Origin: Chiloscyllium plagiosum
Taxonomy: Eukaryota
Assembly: GCF_004010195.1 (NCBI RefSeq)
Contig: NW_025215381.1
Coordinates: 1,357,450-1,419,440, forward strand
Reading direction: 5' to 3'
DNA length: 61,991 bases
Positions within the stretch are counted from its first letter, which is position 1. The number at the start of each line of letters is the position of its first letter. The translations under genes and the position numbers were made by a program. This document shows positions 49,298 to 61,744 of this stretch, one piece after another. The notes under the pieces are model-generated. The model was not told the origin of the DNA and made no database searches. It worked only from the letters and a program-made list of their open reading frames with translations.

Positions 49298-50857
49298 ACA
49301 TTGTTTACATGGACTTCCATAAAGGCTTTGACAAGGTCCTGCATGGTGGACTAATGCGATGCAGGGTGAGCTTGTCAATTGGATACAAAATTGGCATATG
49401 GTAGGAGGCAGAGGGTGGAGGTGCAGGATTGATTTTCAGACTGGAGGTCTGTGACCAAAGGTGTTCCACAGGGATCGGTGCCAGGCATATGGAAGGCATA
49501 TTTAGTAAGTTTGCAGGTGATACCAAAATTGGTGCAATAGTGGACAGTGAGGAAGTTTGTCTAAGATTACAAAAAGACCTTGATCAATTGGGTCAATGGG
49601 CTGAGGAGTGACAGATGGAGATTAATTTGGATCAATGAGACATCTCGCATTTTGATAATACAAATAAGGGCAGGGCTTAGACAGTTAATAGATGAAAGTG
49701 AGGACTGCAGATGCTGGAGATTAGAGTCAAGAGATATCACCTTTACCCCCACCTCCATCCACCTATTGCACTCTCAGCTACCCACCCCACCCCCCTTCCC
49801 CAATCCATCCCATTTATCTCTCCATGCCCGAGGCTCCCAGCCTCATTCTTGATGAAGGGCTCCTGCCCGAGACGTCGATTTTCCTGCTCCTCGGATGCTG
49901 CCTTACCTGCTGTGCTTTTCCAGCACCACACTGATCTTATACAATTGGGTAGCGTTGTAGAACAGAGAGACCAAGGGGTTCAGGCACATAAATCATTGAA
50001 ACTTGCATCACAAGTAGTCAGGGTGGTTAAGAAGGTGTTGGCTTCATTGCTCAGACCTTTAGTGTCGGAGTTAGGACATCACATTGAGGTTGTACAGGAC
50101 ATTGGTGAGGCCTCTTCTGTAAGTCATGAGGGGCATTAGATGAGGTGAATGACAAAGGTCTTTTCCCGAGGGTTGGGAGTTTAAAACTGCGGGTGGGAGG
50201 GAGCATTCTTTAAGGTGAGAGGTCAGAAAAATTTAATAAGGCCATGAGGGGAATTTTTTTGTTGACACAGAGTGTGCTTTGTGCGTGGAACGAATTGCCA
50301 GGGGAAGTGGCAGGTGCGATTAGAGTTCCAATATTTAAAAGGTATTAAAGGATAAGATCATGAATTGGAAAGGTTTGGAAGGATATGGGCCAAGCGTGTG
50401 CAGGTGGGACTAGTTTAGTTGGGAACATGGTCGGTGCGGACTGTTTGGACGGATGGGTCTATTTCCGTGCTGTATGACTCTATGGCTTGTGTTATGACAT
50501 GGTGTAAAACCCCTCTGCTATCTTAAACCTGAAACACAGAGAAGCCCACCTCACGGCGTAACCTGTTAGATTTCGAGAGGCAACTAGCTATCGCAGAGGT
50601 CAGTATTTAAGTTAAAAATTAACTATTTTATTCTTGAAGTCCAAAAGAGAACATTAAAGAACAATTTACAATTCCTTTCTCTTAAACCTGTCTTTTACCT
50701 CCCACTCTGCAATACTGGTCTAATTTTAAAAATAAAACCCCATTGAGATTTACAAAAAATATGTTTCAAAGTCAGTCAGCTTTGTCGATTCTCCTTGGTA
50801 GATCTTCCTCTGTCGACTTTTCTCGAGGTTGGCTTCGGTGTTGTGCTGCACAAATTT

Positions 50858-51484
50858 AGAACATAGAACACAGAACATCCCAGTGCAGTACGATGTCGCG
50901 CCAACCTGTGGAACCAATCTGAAGCCCATCTAACCTACACTATTCCGTTCTCATCCATGTGTCTATGCAATGCCCAGTTAAATACCCTAAAGGTTGGCGA
51001 GTCTACTACTGTTACAGAGAGTGCGTTCCATGCCCCTACTACTCTCTGAGTAAAGAAACTACCTCTGACATCTGTCCTATATCTATCACCCCTCAATTTA
51101 AAGCTATGTCCCCTCGTGCTAGCCATCACCATCCGAGGAAAAAGGCTCTCCCTGCCCACCCTTTCTAACCCTCTGATTATCTTAAGTGTCTCAATTAAGT
51201 CACCTCTCAACCTTCTTCTCTCTAACGAAAACAGCCTCAAGTCCCTCAGCCTTTCTTCATAAGACCCTCCCTCCGTACCAGGCAGCATCCTAATAAATCA
51301 CCTCTGAATCCTTTCCAACACTTCCACATCCTTCCTATAATGCGGTGACCAGAACTGTACACAATACTCCAAGTGCGGCCACACCAGAGTTTTGTACAGC
51401 TGCAACGTGACCTCTTGGCTCCGAAACTCAATCCCGCTTCCAATCAAAGCTAACATACAGTATGCCTTCTTAACAACCCTATCG
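50858..51484 (-). mobile_element. CR1 3' end inserted in the 3' LTR
   Basis: ORF 50935..51288; agaacatagaac tail; same subfamily as 13492-14867. Confidence 0.88.
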
Positions 51485-52855
51485 GGCAGGGATCTTCCAG
51501 AGAGCTCTTCAGCTAGCAGTCTATCCTTGTTGATATTCTTGGCAGTTCTCCCCTCACCTGTTCAAATTGTCCGGTTTTACACCCCAAAACATCAGGCCAT
51601 TTCATTGTTTTAATGTCATCAAAACATTAACTTCAAATTTGATTGGACTTTAGTCTCTGGGGCATAATTTAAACTGATTGGCCGCGCCTGAGAAATTTGC
51701 CCAATAAAGCAGTGACCACACAAACCAGTTCGGGTGAAATTGACAAGCTGTTTATTACAAGCAATATTGCTGGAAGAGAAATTGACCAGGCTGACATAGA
51801 ACTGAGAGTCTGCGCAGGTAGATCAGAATTTCTTTTCCCAGAGCTGAGAATGAGACCAGTGTTTATAATAATCCTGTACAATGAGGCTAATTAAAAATGG
51901 GGAAAATACAATATATCAAGAAATGAGGTAATCTATTTACAATGATGCTAATTGGAAACCAGTTATCGGAGGAATGTCCTAATTCCCTACACAAAGCAAC
52001 ATCCTGACGGTATCAATGGGTCAGGAGCTTCCCATCCTCTTCCCAGGTCGGTGCTAATGTCTCCTCTGAAGCGGTGAGGTGCTTCCATTGTCCTGTCCTG
52101 GGAACAATGCTCTTTGCTGGTGCTTCACTGTCTGATCTGTTCTGTGTGGCTTTGGTATTGCTGGGTTGTGCAACTGCCCTCGGGGCTTTGGGGTAGCTGT
52201 GGTGCTCTGACGTTGTTAGCGGGAGCTTGAAATATTCCCTTGTCTGCGAGCACTGTCTGGTTTCACTTGTCAGTCTGCTCGGTCCCTGCTGAGGCATTCT
52301 GGGTGCTTTGGTGCAGTTTGGCCAATTTTGCTTTTGTGGGCCTAGTGTGGGTTGGCAGGGCGGCAGATCCTTTCCCAAAGGCCGAACTTGAATTTGGTTT
52401 TGTTCCACGGCAATGCAGATTTGTTTTAATCAAGTGTTACATTTTGAAGTTGTTCAGCACACTCTGTGTTTTGAGTCAGTCCTTGCTAGCTTCCTCTCTC
52501 TCTCTTAAAGGTACAGTACATACTTACACCTTCATAACACCTCCCCTCTTAAGAAAAAATAAACCGTCACAATGAAAAGATGCTTCTTTTCTTGTCTCTA
52601 TTCCTTAACCACAATATCATGACATACGTATGACTTTAATCAAAGTTCATAATAACTTCTTCCTACATAAATATAACATTGAATAGATATCAATCTCATC
52701 GGTTTATCGGTTAAATTCACGATAACGCATCAGCGTTTCATTCTTACGACCCACAACATGTACAATTTGTAAATTAATGTCTGTAAAATAAGACTCCAAT
52801 GAAATAGTCTCATATTCTTGTCTTTAAAGTGTTCTAAGAACGTTAGAGGATTGTG

Positions 52856-53503
52856 TTTGTTGTGGTTCTGTTCGCCGAGCTGGAAGTTTTTGTTGCAAAC
52901 GTTTCGTCCCCTGGCTAGGCGACATCATCAGTGATTAGATTAGATTAGATTACATGATTAGATTAGATTACATTACAGTGTGGAAACAGGCCCTTCGGCC
53001 CAACAAGTCCACACCGACCCACCGAAGCGTAACCCACCCATACCCCTACATTTACCCCTTACCTAACACTACGGGCAATTTAGCATGGCCAATTCACCTG
53101 ACCTGCACATCTTTGGACTATGGAAGGAAACCGAAGCACCCGGAGGAAATCCATGCAGACACGGGGAGAATGTGCAAACTCCACACAGACAGTTGCCTGA
53201 GGCTGGAANNNNNNNNTGGTGTTTGTGGATGAATGCCATGCCTCTTGGAATTCCCTGGCTGTTCTCTGTCTGGCTTGCCCTATGATAGTAGTGTTGTCCC
53301 AGTCGAATTCATGTTGCTTGTTGTCTGCGTGTGTGGCTACTAGGGATAGCTGGTCGTGTCGTTTCGTGGCTAGTTGGTGTTCATGGATGCGGATTGTTAG
53401 CTGTCTTCCTGTTTGTCCTATATAGTGTTTTGTGCAGTCCTTGCATGGGATTTTGTACACTACATTCGTCTTGCTCATGTTGGGTATCGGGTCCTTCGTT
53501 CTG
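52856..53503 (-). mobile_element. 5'-truncated Penelope-like element (GIY-YIG endonuclease), with a SINE at 52933-53208
   Basis: NVVYKIPCKDCTKHYIGQTGR...IHEH GIY-YIG motif; perfect 14-bp TSD GTTAGAGGATTGTG (52842-52855 and 53504-53517). Confidence 0.9.
52902..52931 (-). ncRNA. Hammerhead ribozyme core, family C (GIY-YIG Penelope element)
   Basis: CTGATGA T GTC GCCTAGCCAGGG GAC GAAA, followed by CGTT, downstream of the GIY-YIG coding end. Confidence 0.65.
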
Positions 53504-53911
53504 GTTAGAGGATTGTGATCTATGTACACAACCGTCTCTGACACATTGTTTGTGACATGCACATTGAAATGTTGTAGGGCCAGTACCAAACTCAATAGTT
53601 CTTTTTCGATCGTGGAGTATTTCCTGTGGTGGATGTTGAGTTTCTTCGAAAAGTAACCAACTGGCAGTTTAATCCCATCCTCACCTTCCTGCAGGAGCAC
53701 AGCTCCAGCTCCGATGTCACTAACATCGATGGCAACTTTGAAAGGTTTTGAAGAGTTTGGTGCAGCTAAGACTGGTTTGGTGGTTAGCATCGCTTTTCAA
53801 TGGTCAAATGCTTCCTGGCGATGTTCTGCCCACCAAACCTTGGTGTTGTTCTTCAGCAAATCGGTTAATGATGCCACCATGCTGCTGAAGTTTGGAATAA
53901 ACGTCCGATAG

Positions 53912-55289
53912 TTCTGGATGCCTGGCAAGGATCTCTTTCGATATTTTCAAGTACAGGACTTCATACAAAAAAAGACCACATTGATGACTAATCCTTACAA
54001 ATCAGATCTGGAAAGGAGAGCGCTTCTGCGGGTGGGTGCACCCTCGGTCAGTACTCTATCACTCGCTAGGTAATATAAACGGTTATATAAAACCTGGACT
54101 CAAGAATTAGGGATGGAAATCTCCTTAGAGATGTGGGAAGATATCTGGGAAAATGCCAGGAAGATCGCGATCTGTAATAGGACTCAAGCTACTCAACTGA
54201 GGGTACTTCATAGTGCTCATATAGCACCAGAGCAGCTTCCAAACGTGCCCTAAATGTAAAATCGAAGTTGGCACCCTCACTCATTGTTTGTGGGCATGCC
54301 ATGAGATGCGTAGATATTGGGACAGAGTAGCGAATGCCTTGGCAAAGATTTTGGGAACGGAGATTGGATTGGACCCAGTGTCTCTCCTTTTGGGCTTGTC
54401 AAACCTTCCTTCAGGAAGAAACTGTTCACTATCCTCTCCTTTTAGCGAGCTGGGCATCGGAAAGTCCCTCAGGTCGTTCGAATTGGCAGAGGAGAGTTAT
54501 GGAACATATCCCCCTGGACTTCCTTACGAACATGGTGCACCAAAAAAACGGAATTATTTTATAGAACACGGCAGCCCTTTTTGGACTACACCGATGCAGA
54601 CGTATCAGCCATACTGTCTCGGGTCTTTGTTTAGCCGTGAGGATGATGTTTGTTGGTTCAGGGGCCCCTGGGAGGAAGGATCCCGTATAAACACGGGTCT
54701 TGTTATGACTTGATATAATTTTATTTTGAATGCTTATTTATTTATTTACTTTTTTGTTGTTTAGTTATGTACTATACTTAGTCCATTTTTTAATATATAG
54801 AGTCTTCTTTGTGTTTCTATAGTCTGTGGAGTAGATTAGATTAGATTTAGATTACATTACAGTGTGGAAACAGGCCCTTCGGCCCAACAAGTCCACACCG
54901 ACCCGCCGAAGCGCAACCCACCCATACCTCTACACTTACCCCTTACCTAACACTACGGGCAAATTAGAATGGCCAATTCACCTGACCTGCACATCTTTGT
55001 GACTGTGGGAGGAAACCGGAGCACCCGGAGGAAACCCACGCAGACACGGGGAGAATGTGCAAACTCCACACAGGAAGTCGCCTGAGGCTGGAATTGAACC
55101 CAGGTCTCTGGCGCTGTGAGGCAGCAGTGCTAACCACTGTGCCACCATGCTGCCCACAATTAGTAGTTAGTTTTCTTAATGTATATCAATGCTGTTATTA
55201 TATTGTAAAATGGTTACAATACTTTCTATTAGTTTTGTAATTTGGTAAAAAAAAACCTTTTTCTTTTCAATAAAAATGTTTATTAAAAA
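53912..55289 (+). mobile_element. 5'-truncated L1-clade LINE with poly(A), and a nested SINE at 54834-55156
   Basis: CPKCKIEVGTLTHCLWAC zinc knuckle, AT-rich 3' UTR, AATAAA and A-tail, TSD AAAC(G/T)TCCGATAG. Confidence 0.85.
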
Positions 55290-55763
55290 AAACTTCCGAT
55301 AGAGTCAGCTGAGTCCCAAGAATCGAAGCACTTCTTTCTTTGAGGTTGGTCATGGACATTCCTGGAGGGCCTTTGCCTATGTGTTCCGCGGGGTCAACCT
55401 TCCATGACCGATGTGATGTCCCAAGAACGTCCCCTCTGCTTTCGCGAATTCAGTTTTGTTTATCACCAGTTTTGCGTCTCCTAGTCGTTCGAAAGGATCT
55501 GCCAAATGTACCAAGTGATCTTTCCAGGACTTACTAAAGATCACTACATCGTCCAACTAGACTGCACGGTTTGTTAACCCAGCCACAGCTCTGTTCATGA
55601 GTCTTTGGAATGGTGATGGGCACGTTCTTCATTCCAAAGGGCATCACTTTAAATTGATATAGCCCACTTGGGGTTACAAACGCAGAAATTCCTTTTGCCG
55701 TCTCTGATAGAGGTACCTGTCAGTCACCACGCATTAAGTCCAACTTGGTGATGTAATTGGCTT

Positions 55764-55991
55764 TGTGGTGCTGGAAAAGCGCAGCAGGTCAGGCAGCGTC
55801 CAAGGAGCAGGAGAATCGACGTTTCGGGCATAAGCCCTTCTTCAGGTCGGGAAGAAGATTGCAGGTCAAGAGGGCGGTGCTGAATCCGGGGGGGTTGGGA
55901 CTGAGATGCGGCCTGGCCTGCTGCGCTTTTCCAGCACCACACTTTTCAACTCTGGTCTCCAGCATCTGCAGTCCTCACTTTCTCCTCCTCC
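55764..55991. mobile_element. Penelope-like family A mini-element in the Gypsy RT
   Basis: TSD GATGTAA(T/C)TGGCTT at 55750 and 55992; inverted ends; hammerhead core at 55822-55845. Confidence 0.72.
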
Positions 55992-58900
55992 GATGTAACT
56001 GGCTTGTCCGACTTTCTCGATTGAGTCCTCCGATCTCCATATTGGGTGTGAGTCCGATATCGTTGACCTTCCGATAATCCAGGCAGAATCGTTGAGTCCC
56101 ATCCAGTTTGGGAACTAAGACAATCGACGAAATCCACTCGCTGTGGCTTGGTTTGGTGATGTCCTCATTGAGCATGGCCTCCATCAGGACCTGTCTGGCT
56201 TTGAAAGGGGGTGGTTTTATCAGAGCAGTATTCTCTATGTCTACTTCATGTACATTTGTCCTCCCAATTTGTCCTCCCAATCTGATTCCTACATTTGCCC
56301 TTATACTGCAGTAACAAATCTTTCAGCTGCATTCTGTGCTCCTGAGACAGAGACCTTACAAACCCATCCCACTCCTGAAGGACTTCTTCATATTTTGAGG
56401 CACACCGAAATCCACATCCTCTGGATTTGATTCCTCACTCTGCGGGACAGTAACTAACACCTGGTTCTCCAATCCGTTCTCTCTAGTGTAATACGGTTTC
56501 AGCATGTTCACATGACATACCCGATACAGTGTTTTTCTAACTGCATCTTTACTAGATAGTCCACCTGACTCAACTTTTTCTCAGTTTGACAGGGACCACG
56601 AAACCTGGCTTCGAAGGGATCTCCTATCACTGGTAACAGTACTAACGCATCATCCCCTCGGGAAAATGTCCATGTCTCAGAGCTTTTATCTGCCACCTGC
56701 TTCATTCTATATTGTGCCCTCTTTAGATGCTGTTTAGCTAACTCACCTACTCAGTTTAGTCTCTCCCTCACCTCCAATACTTAGTCTAAGTGTGAGATCT
56801 CCGGCTTTGGTCCTGTCAATCTCTCTTCGATTAATTTCAAAGGGCCTCTCACTTCATGCCCGAACATTAACTCAAAGGGAATAAACCGAGTAGATTCATT
56901 TGGAGCATCTCTAATGTTCGGGTACAATTGTTCGGGTAATCCTGACAGATGAAGAACTCCGGCCTGAAATGTCAACTCTCCTGCTCCTCGGATACTGCCT
57001 GACCTGCTGTGCTTTTCCAGCACCTCACTCTCGACAGTACGCTCTCAACGCAATGTTCAGGGCCTGATGCCACCTTTCCAAAGCTCCCTGGGATTCAGGA
57101 TGATATGCACTGGATTTAAAGTGTTGTATACCTAAGCTATCCATTTCTGTACCTTAGCCTGAGTCTTTCATACCCCTAGGTGACCTCTTACAGGTAGTCC
57201 ATGTGCTACCTGTAACACCTCCTGTCTGTATGCTACCGGCAACACAATCTGGAGCACTTTGGCCCTTTTCCCCTCTGCACTAACCCGCTGGGGTCTCCAT
57301 TTCCATCTGAGGATTCTATCTTTTAGATAATAACCCTCCGGAATATTCTCTGCCTCCTTTTCGGAATACGCATCCACACATATATCTTTTATTGTCTTGC
57401 CTTGCTGTTGCAAGTCCCTTAGCCTTTCAAGACTAATCACTTCCGTCTGACCCTCTGCCTGGTCAGCTTTTCCCTGCACCATTACGTCAAGCAGGGTGTC
57501 AGCTAACTGAACCTCAACTCCTTCATCTTTCTCTTTACTTTTTGCTTTGTGCTGTGTTTTATGAGAGTGGGATCTGTTTACCACACAGTCTGGGATAATA
57601 CCAGGATATTTCTGATTTAACTCCTCAGTTTCTTGGTCTTCCTTGGGCTTCTCCACAACAAAGGGGTGTCACTCCCACCTTAGATCCTACCAAATAATTC
57701 CCAAGAACAAACTGGATTCCTGGAACTGACAGTCTGTCAATCACTCCCACTGTAACCTCCCCAGTCGTGAGTCGGCACTCCAACCTGATCTTACATGTGG
57801 GAAAGCTAAATTTCTGTCCATCTATCCCACAAATTATCACACTCACGGGTAACAGATCAGAAAGAGTGCATATTCACTCATCCCTTACTATCAGCGACTG
57901 GTTAGATCCTGTATCTCTCAAACTATAACTTCTTGTCCTTCTCCCCCTGTTCTTTCTGAGTAAACTTTACCCACAGAGGCGAATTCTTTGTAGAGATCAG
58001 GTACTGACTCCATCCCCAGTCCCTCCCTCGGCTGTGCACTCTCCTGCAGCTCCTCGGCTCTTCTCTGGGTCTTCTTTACTACCTTCACTAAGGCCACTGG
58101 CTTAGTCTCTGTTACCACATCTTTTCCCACAATGCCTTTCTTTACGTGTCCCACTTTACCGCAGTGGAAACACCTGAGGCTGTTACCTCTTTTCCACCCT
58201 CTTGGCCTTCGTCTTTATCCTGTGGTAAACCCTTATCAGTGTCCTTTACAGTTGGTTTCATAGTGTAGGATCTCCCCTTCTCCCAATTTCTATCCCTCAC
58301 AGGATGAACCTCTGGCTGGAAGCTTGTCTTATGCACCAACACTGACTCATCTGCTAATTCTGCTGCTCTTCTCACTTCCTGAACTTTCTGATCCTCCACA
58401 CGAATTCTTACCATGTCTGGAAGTGAATTTTTAAACACCTCCTGCAGAATAATCTCTCTGAGTGCCTCATTGCTATCTTTAAGACCCACACCCACGCCTC
58501 AAAATGTTCAATTCTTTCAAACCCAGCATAAGTCAGACCTGGTTCCTTCTTTGTGTTTCTGAACCGCTGTCTATACGCTTCTGGTACCAACTCATAAGCA
58601 CTTCAAATCGCCTGTTTAACCTTTTCATAATCCCGTGACCCCTCATCTGACAGCACGGCAGATACCTCATGAGCTCTGCCTACCGGTTTTAGTATTACCC
58701 ATAAATCCCCAGACTACTCCATCTGCCTCGCCAATTTTTCAAATGAAATAAAGAAGGGCTTCAACATCTTTCTCATCAAAATGTGGCAGAGTTTTGACAT
58801 ATTTATATATATATATCTACCTTCTCTCTTAATCTCCATCCTGTTAAGTTGACTTTGCTGATTAAATCACAATTTCTCACGTTCAAATTCTCTCTTTTTG

Positions 58901-59504
58901 CTCAGCAAAGAATCTTCACTCTCTTTCTCTTCCCCCCCTTCTCTCTCTTTTTCTCTCTTCCTTTCTTCTCCCTCTCTTTGCTCAGCTAAGAACCTTCTCT
59001 CTCTCATTTTCCTCTCTCTCTCTTGTTGTTTATCTTTGAACTTCATTTTCCTCAATTATAATTTAAGTTTTTCTACCCCCACTGCGCTTGTCTATTTCTC
59101 TGACTCACCAAAGTGTTTGAGTAACTCTCCTACAATTTCAGCTTTACTTTTACCCTTGGCTAAACCCAAATCTAACCTCTTTGCTAACTCTCAAAGCATG
59201 GTCTTTTGCTGTCTTTCTAAATTTTCTGGGCAAATTTGAGAATCATCTTCAAACCGCAGAATCTCTTTAGCAATTTTAAGAGCCATTTCTCTCCCTTTTA
59301 ATTTAACCAACCACAAGTAACTGAAACTAAATAAGTTGTCTGCTATGTTTTATTTAAAGATCTCGGACACCAACTGGCGAGTGTTAAAATCTACTGGGCT
59401 TTTCTCGTACCCTGAATCTATTCAAATCTGTCCAAGATCCAAACTGGATCTGTTTAAACCAGTTCAAATCGCAAATCTGAGATGCAGACTTTTCAAATCC
59501 TGGC

Positions 59505-59516
59505 GACGAGCCCCCA
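59505..59516 (-). promoter_or_regulatory. Primer-binding site, tRNA-Pro type
   Basis: TGGGGGCTCGTC 3 nt inside the 5' LTR; the same first 12 nt as the classic tRNA-Pro PBS. Confidence 0.75.
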
Positions 59517-59738
59517 AACTGTTACGACACGGGGTAAACCCCTTTGCTAATTTAAACCCGACACACAGAAAAGCTCACCTTGCGCCATAATCTGCTACAT
59601 TTCAAGAGTCATAGAACTAACCCAGAGGTCACTACTTAACGTCTTTGCTAGCTTCCTCTCTCTCACACGAACATCTTCATAACACTTGGCTAATCCCAGC
59701 GTTCCTCGCGTCCACTTTCCTGCGTTTTCCCTGGATCC

Positions 59739-59946
59739 TAGAATCCCGACAGAGTGGAGGCAGGCCATTCAGCCCCTAGAGCCTGCACTGACCCTCTGCA
59801 GAGGACCCCAGCCAGCTCCACTTCCCTAACCTATCCCTGTAACCCCCGCATTTCCCATGGCCAGTCCACCTAACCTGCACACCTTCGGACTGTGGGAGGA
59901 AGGTCACACAGACACAGGGAGAACGTGCAAACTCCACACAGCCAGT
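59739..59946 (-). mobile_element. HE1-related SINE 3' part
   Basis: cacctaacctgcacaccttcggactgtgggagg...gcaaactccacaca. Confidence 0.75.
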
Positions 59947-60029
59947 CTGTCCTGGGCCAATATCTATCTCTCAAACAACACCACTATAAGGAGATGGTCT
60001 GATGCATTGTCCCAGTGCTGCCTGTGGGA

Positions 60030-60185
60030 CCTTAAGGCATCTAGATGGGTATATGAATAGGAAGGGTTTGGAGGGATATGGCTGGGTGCTGGCGGGTGGG
60101 ACTAGATTGGGTTGGGATATCTGGTCAGCATGGACGGGTTGGACCGAAGGGTCTGTTTCCGTGCTGTACATCTCTATGACTCTAT
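60030..60185 (+). mobile_element. CR1 3' UTR fragment
   Basis: Matches the tails at 1730-1872 and 9008-9135. Confidence 0.85.
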
Positions 60186-61744
60186 ACCTGACTCAGGCTT
60201 CATCCCCTATTGTCTGACCCCATATTCCACTTGCTGACCATTCATGGGAGGAAGTACACCATGAGGGTGGTTGGTTCATCACCCAATCCCAATCCAACTT
60301 GGTGGGGTGTCATTGATTGGAGAAAAGGAAAGCTACATCTGTAAAAGTTCTCACAATCTATTCTTTCCCTCTGTAACAACGTTTGGCCCCAGTGGCTAGT
60401 TTCTAAAACATAACCAACTCAACACTCACTCAATGAGCGTGGAGGTCTGGTTCAGACTGGGTTGCGATGCTGCAATTCGCCTCAGTTCATGTTAGGCAGG
60501 GGATGTCATAGTGGGAACAGGGATGTTTTGGGGTATAAATTCCTCAAAGAGGCAATGTGCATGTCTACAGATTTCACAGCAGGTGAAAGGGAATGATTCG
60601 GTCCTGTCTGGTACAGTACAGCCCTGTGTGAGCGGCAAGCTTTGTTTTCATGTGTGTCTGATTTACTCGCTTACTGAATGGGACTCACTTTACACCAATA
60701 ATAAGACAAGGTTTATCAAGAGACATGGTTTGTTATCACTGAAACACAAGATGCAGACACGTAATTCCACAAAACCCATCTTTCCCTCTGCTTTCCCAAG
60801 TTACCTTACACTTTCTCACACTGGGTTAAAAGCTGCTTTGGAAACCCAAGCCAGTGAAGGAGTTTATACAACCCCAGTCCACAGCTGATGAAGGGTTTAT
60901 GCCGGAAAAATCGACTCTCCTGCTCCTCGGATGCTGTGCGTTTCCAGCACCACACTCTCAAACTCACTGTCTCTGGAGTGCCATCCCCTCTGATTCCTCC
61001 AGGTCATGCCAAAGTACTGCGACTTACTACTGTTTACAACGTCAGCATGGTAACCAACATGCCATCCCTTGTGGTTACAGCAGTTTGATCCAGGAATTTT
61101 AATAACAGAACACAGTTACACCAGGTTTCCAGTCCCTGGGGGAGGTGTTACAAAAGGCAACATTGGATATTGTAAGTTCCTCACTAAATGAGTTGACCAT
61201 AGGTGTCAGGCATCTCAAATAACTTTACTGACGGAACTATTGTTGCATGGAAACCTGACAGCATTGTCCCAACCACACCTATTCAATACCCAGGTAACTG
61301 CCTTGTATATCTCTCTGGCCTGATCCAATGTGATGCTGTTGCAGAGTCCCCACGCCTGGGCTGCTAGGTCAGGTTTAAATTACCGCCTAATCCGGACATG
61401 GGTAATAACATCTCTGAACCGGTCGACCAGAAAAATAGGCTGAATAAAAAACCTGTAAAAATACATTTGGCAGCAAATTCTGCCAACTTCCTGGCTATAG
61501 ATCCCTTCCCAGCATGCCGATGAGTTGGCCAGCTTTCTCATTATGTTACCTGCTGAAGGGCTCTTTGCCTGAAACGTCGACTCTCCTGCTCCTCGGATGC
61601 TGCCTGAGCTGCTGTGCTTTTCCTGCCCCACCCTCTCGACTCTGAGCTCCAGCGTCTGCAGTCCTCACTTCCACTTTCTCACTGAGTTGGCCAATGTTGC
61701 TTTTAGTGTCACAAAGCAGCTATTATTTTATTAACGAGGGATAT

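Larger units (their letters stand above)
48930..50483 (+). mobile_element. Old CR1 with Penelope-like inserts (49085-49297 and about 49693-49935)
   Basis: SKFAGDTKIG...LQKDLDQLGQWAEE motif and CR1 3' UTR end ctgtatgactctatg. Confidence 0.8.
50490..59684 (-). mobile_element. Decayed full-length Gmr1-like Ty3/Gypsy LTR retrotransposon
   Basis: CTTG TSD (50486-89 and 59685-88); LTRs with TG..CA ends at 50490-52539 and 59520-59684; PBS TGGGGGCTCGTC at 59505-59516; PPT at 52540-52550. Coding remnants: gag (VPEAYRQRFR), IN (GHLGV, YHPESQGALER, PFELMFGHEVRGPL), RT (VMPFGMKN, LDDV) and RNase H (YSTIEKELL, DHNPL). Confidence 0.9.

Noticed and set aside
58867..59239. E/R/K-rich ORF as a host coiled-coil gene
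   Set aside because: Lies in the gag N-terminal low-complexity region of the Gypsy element.
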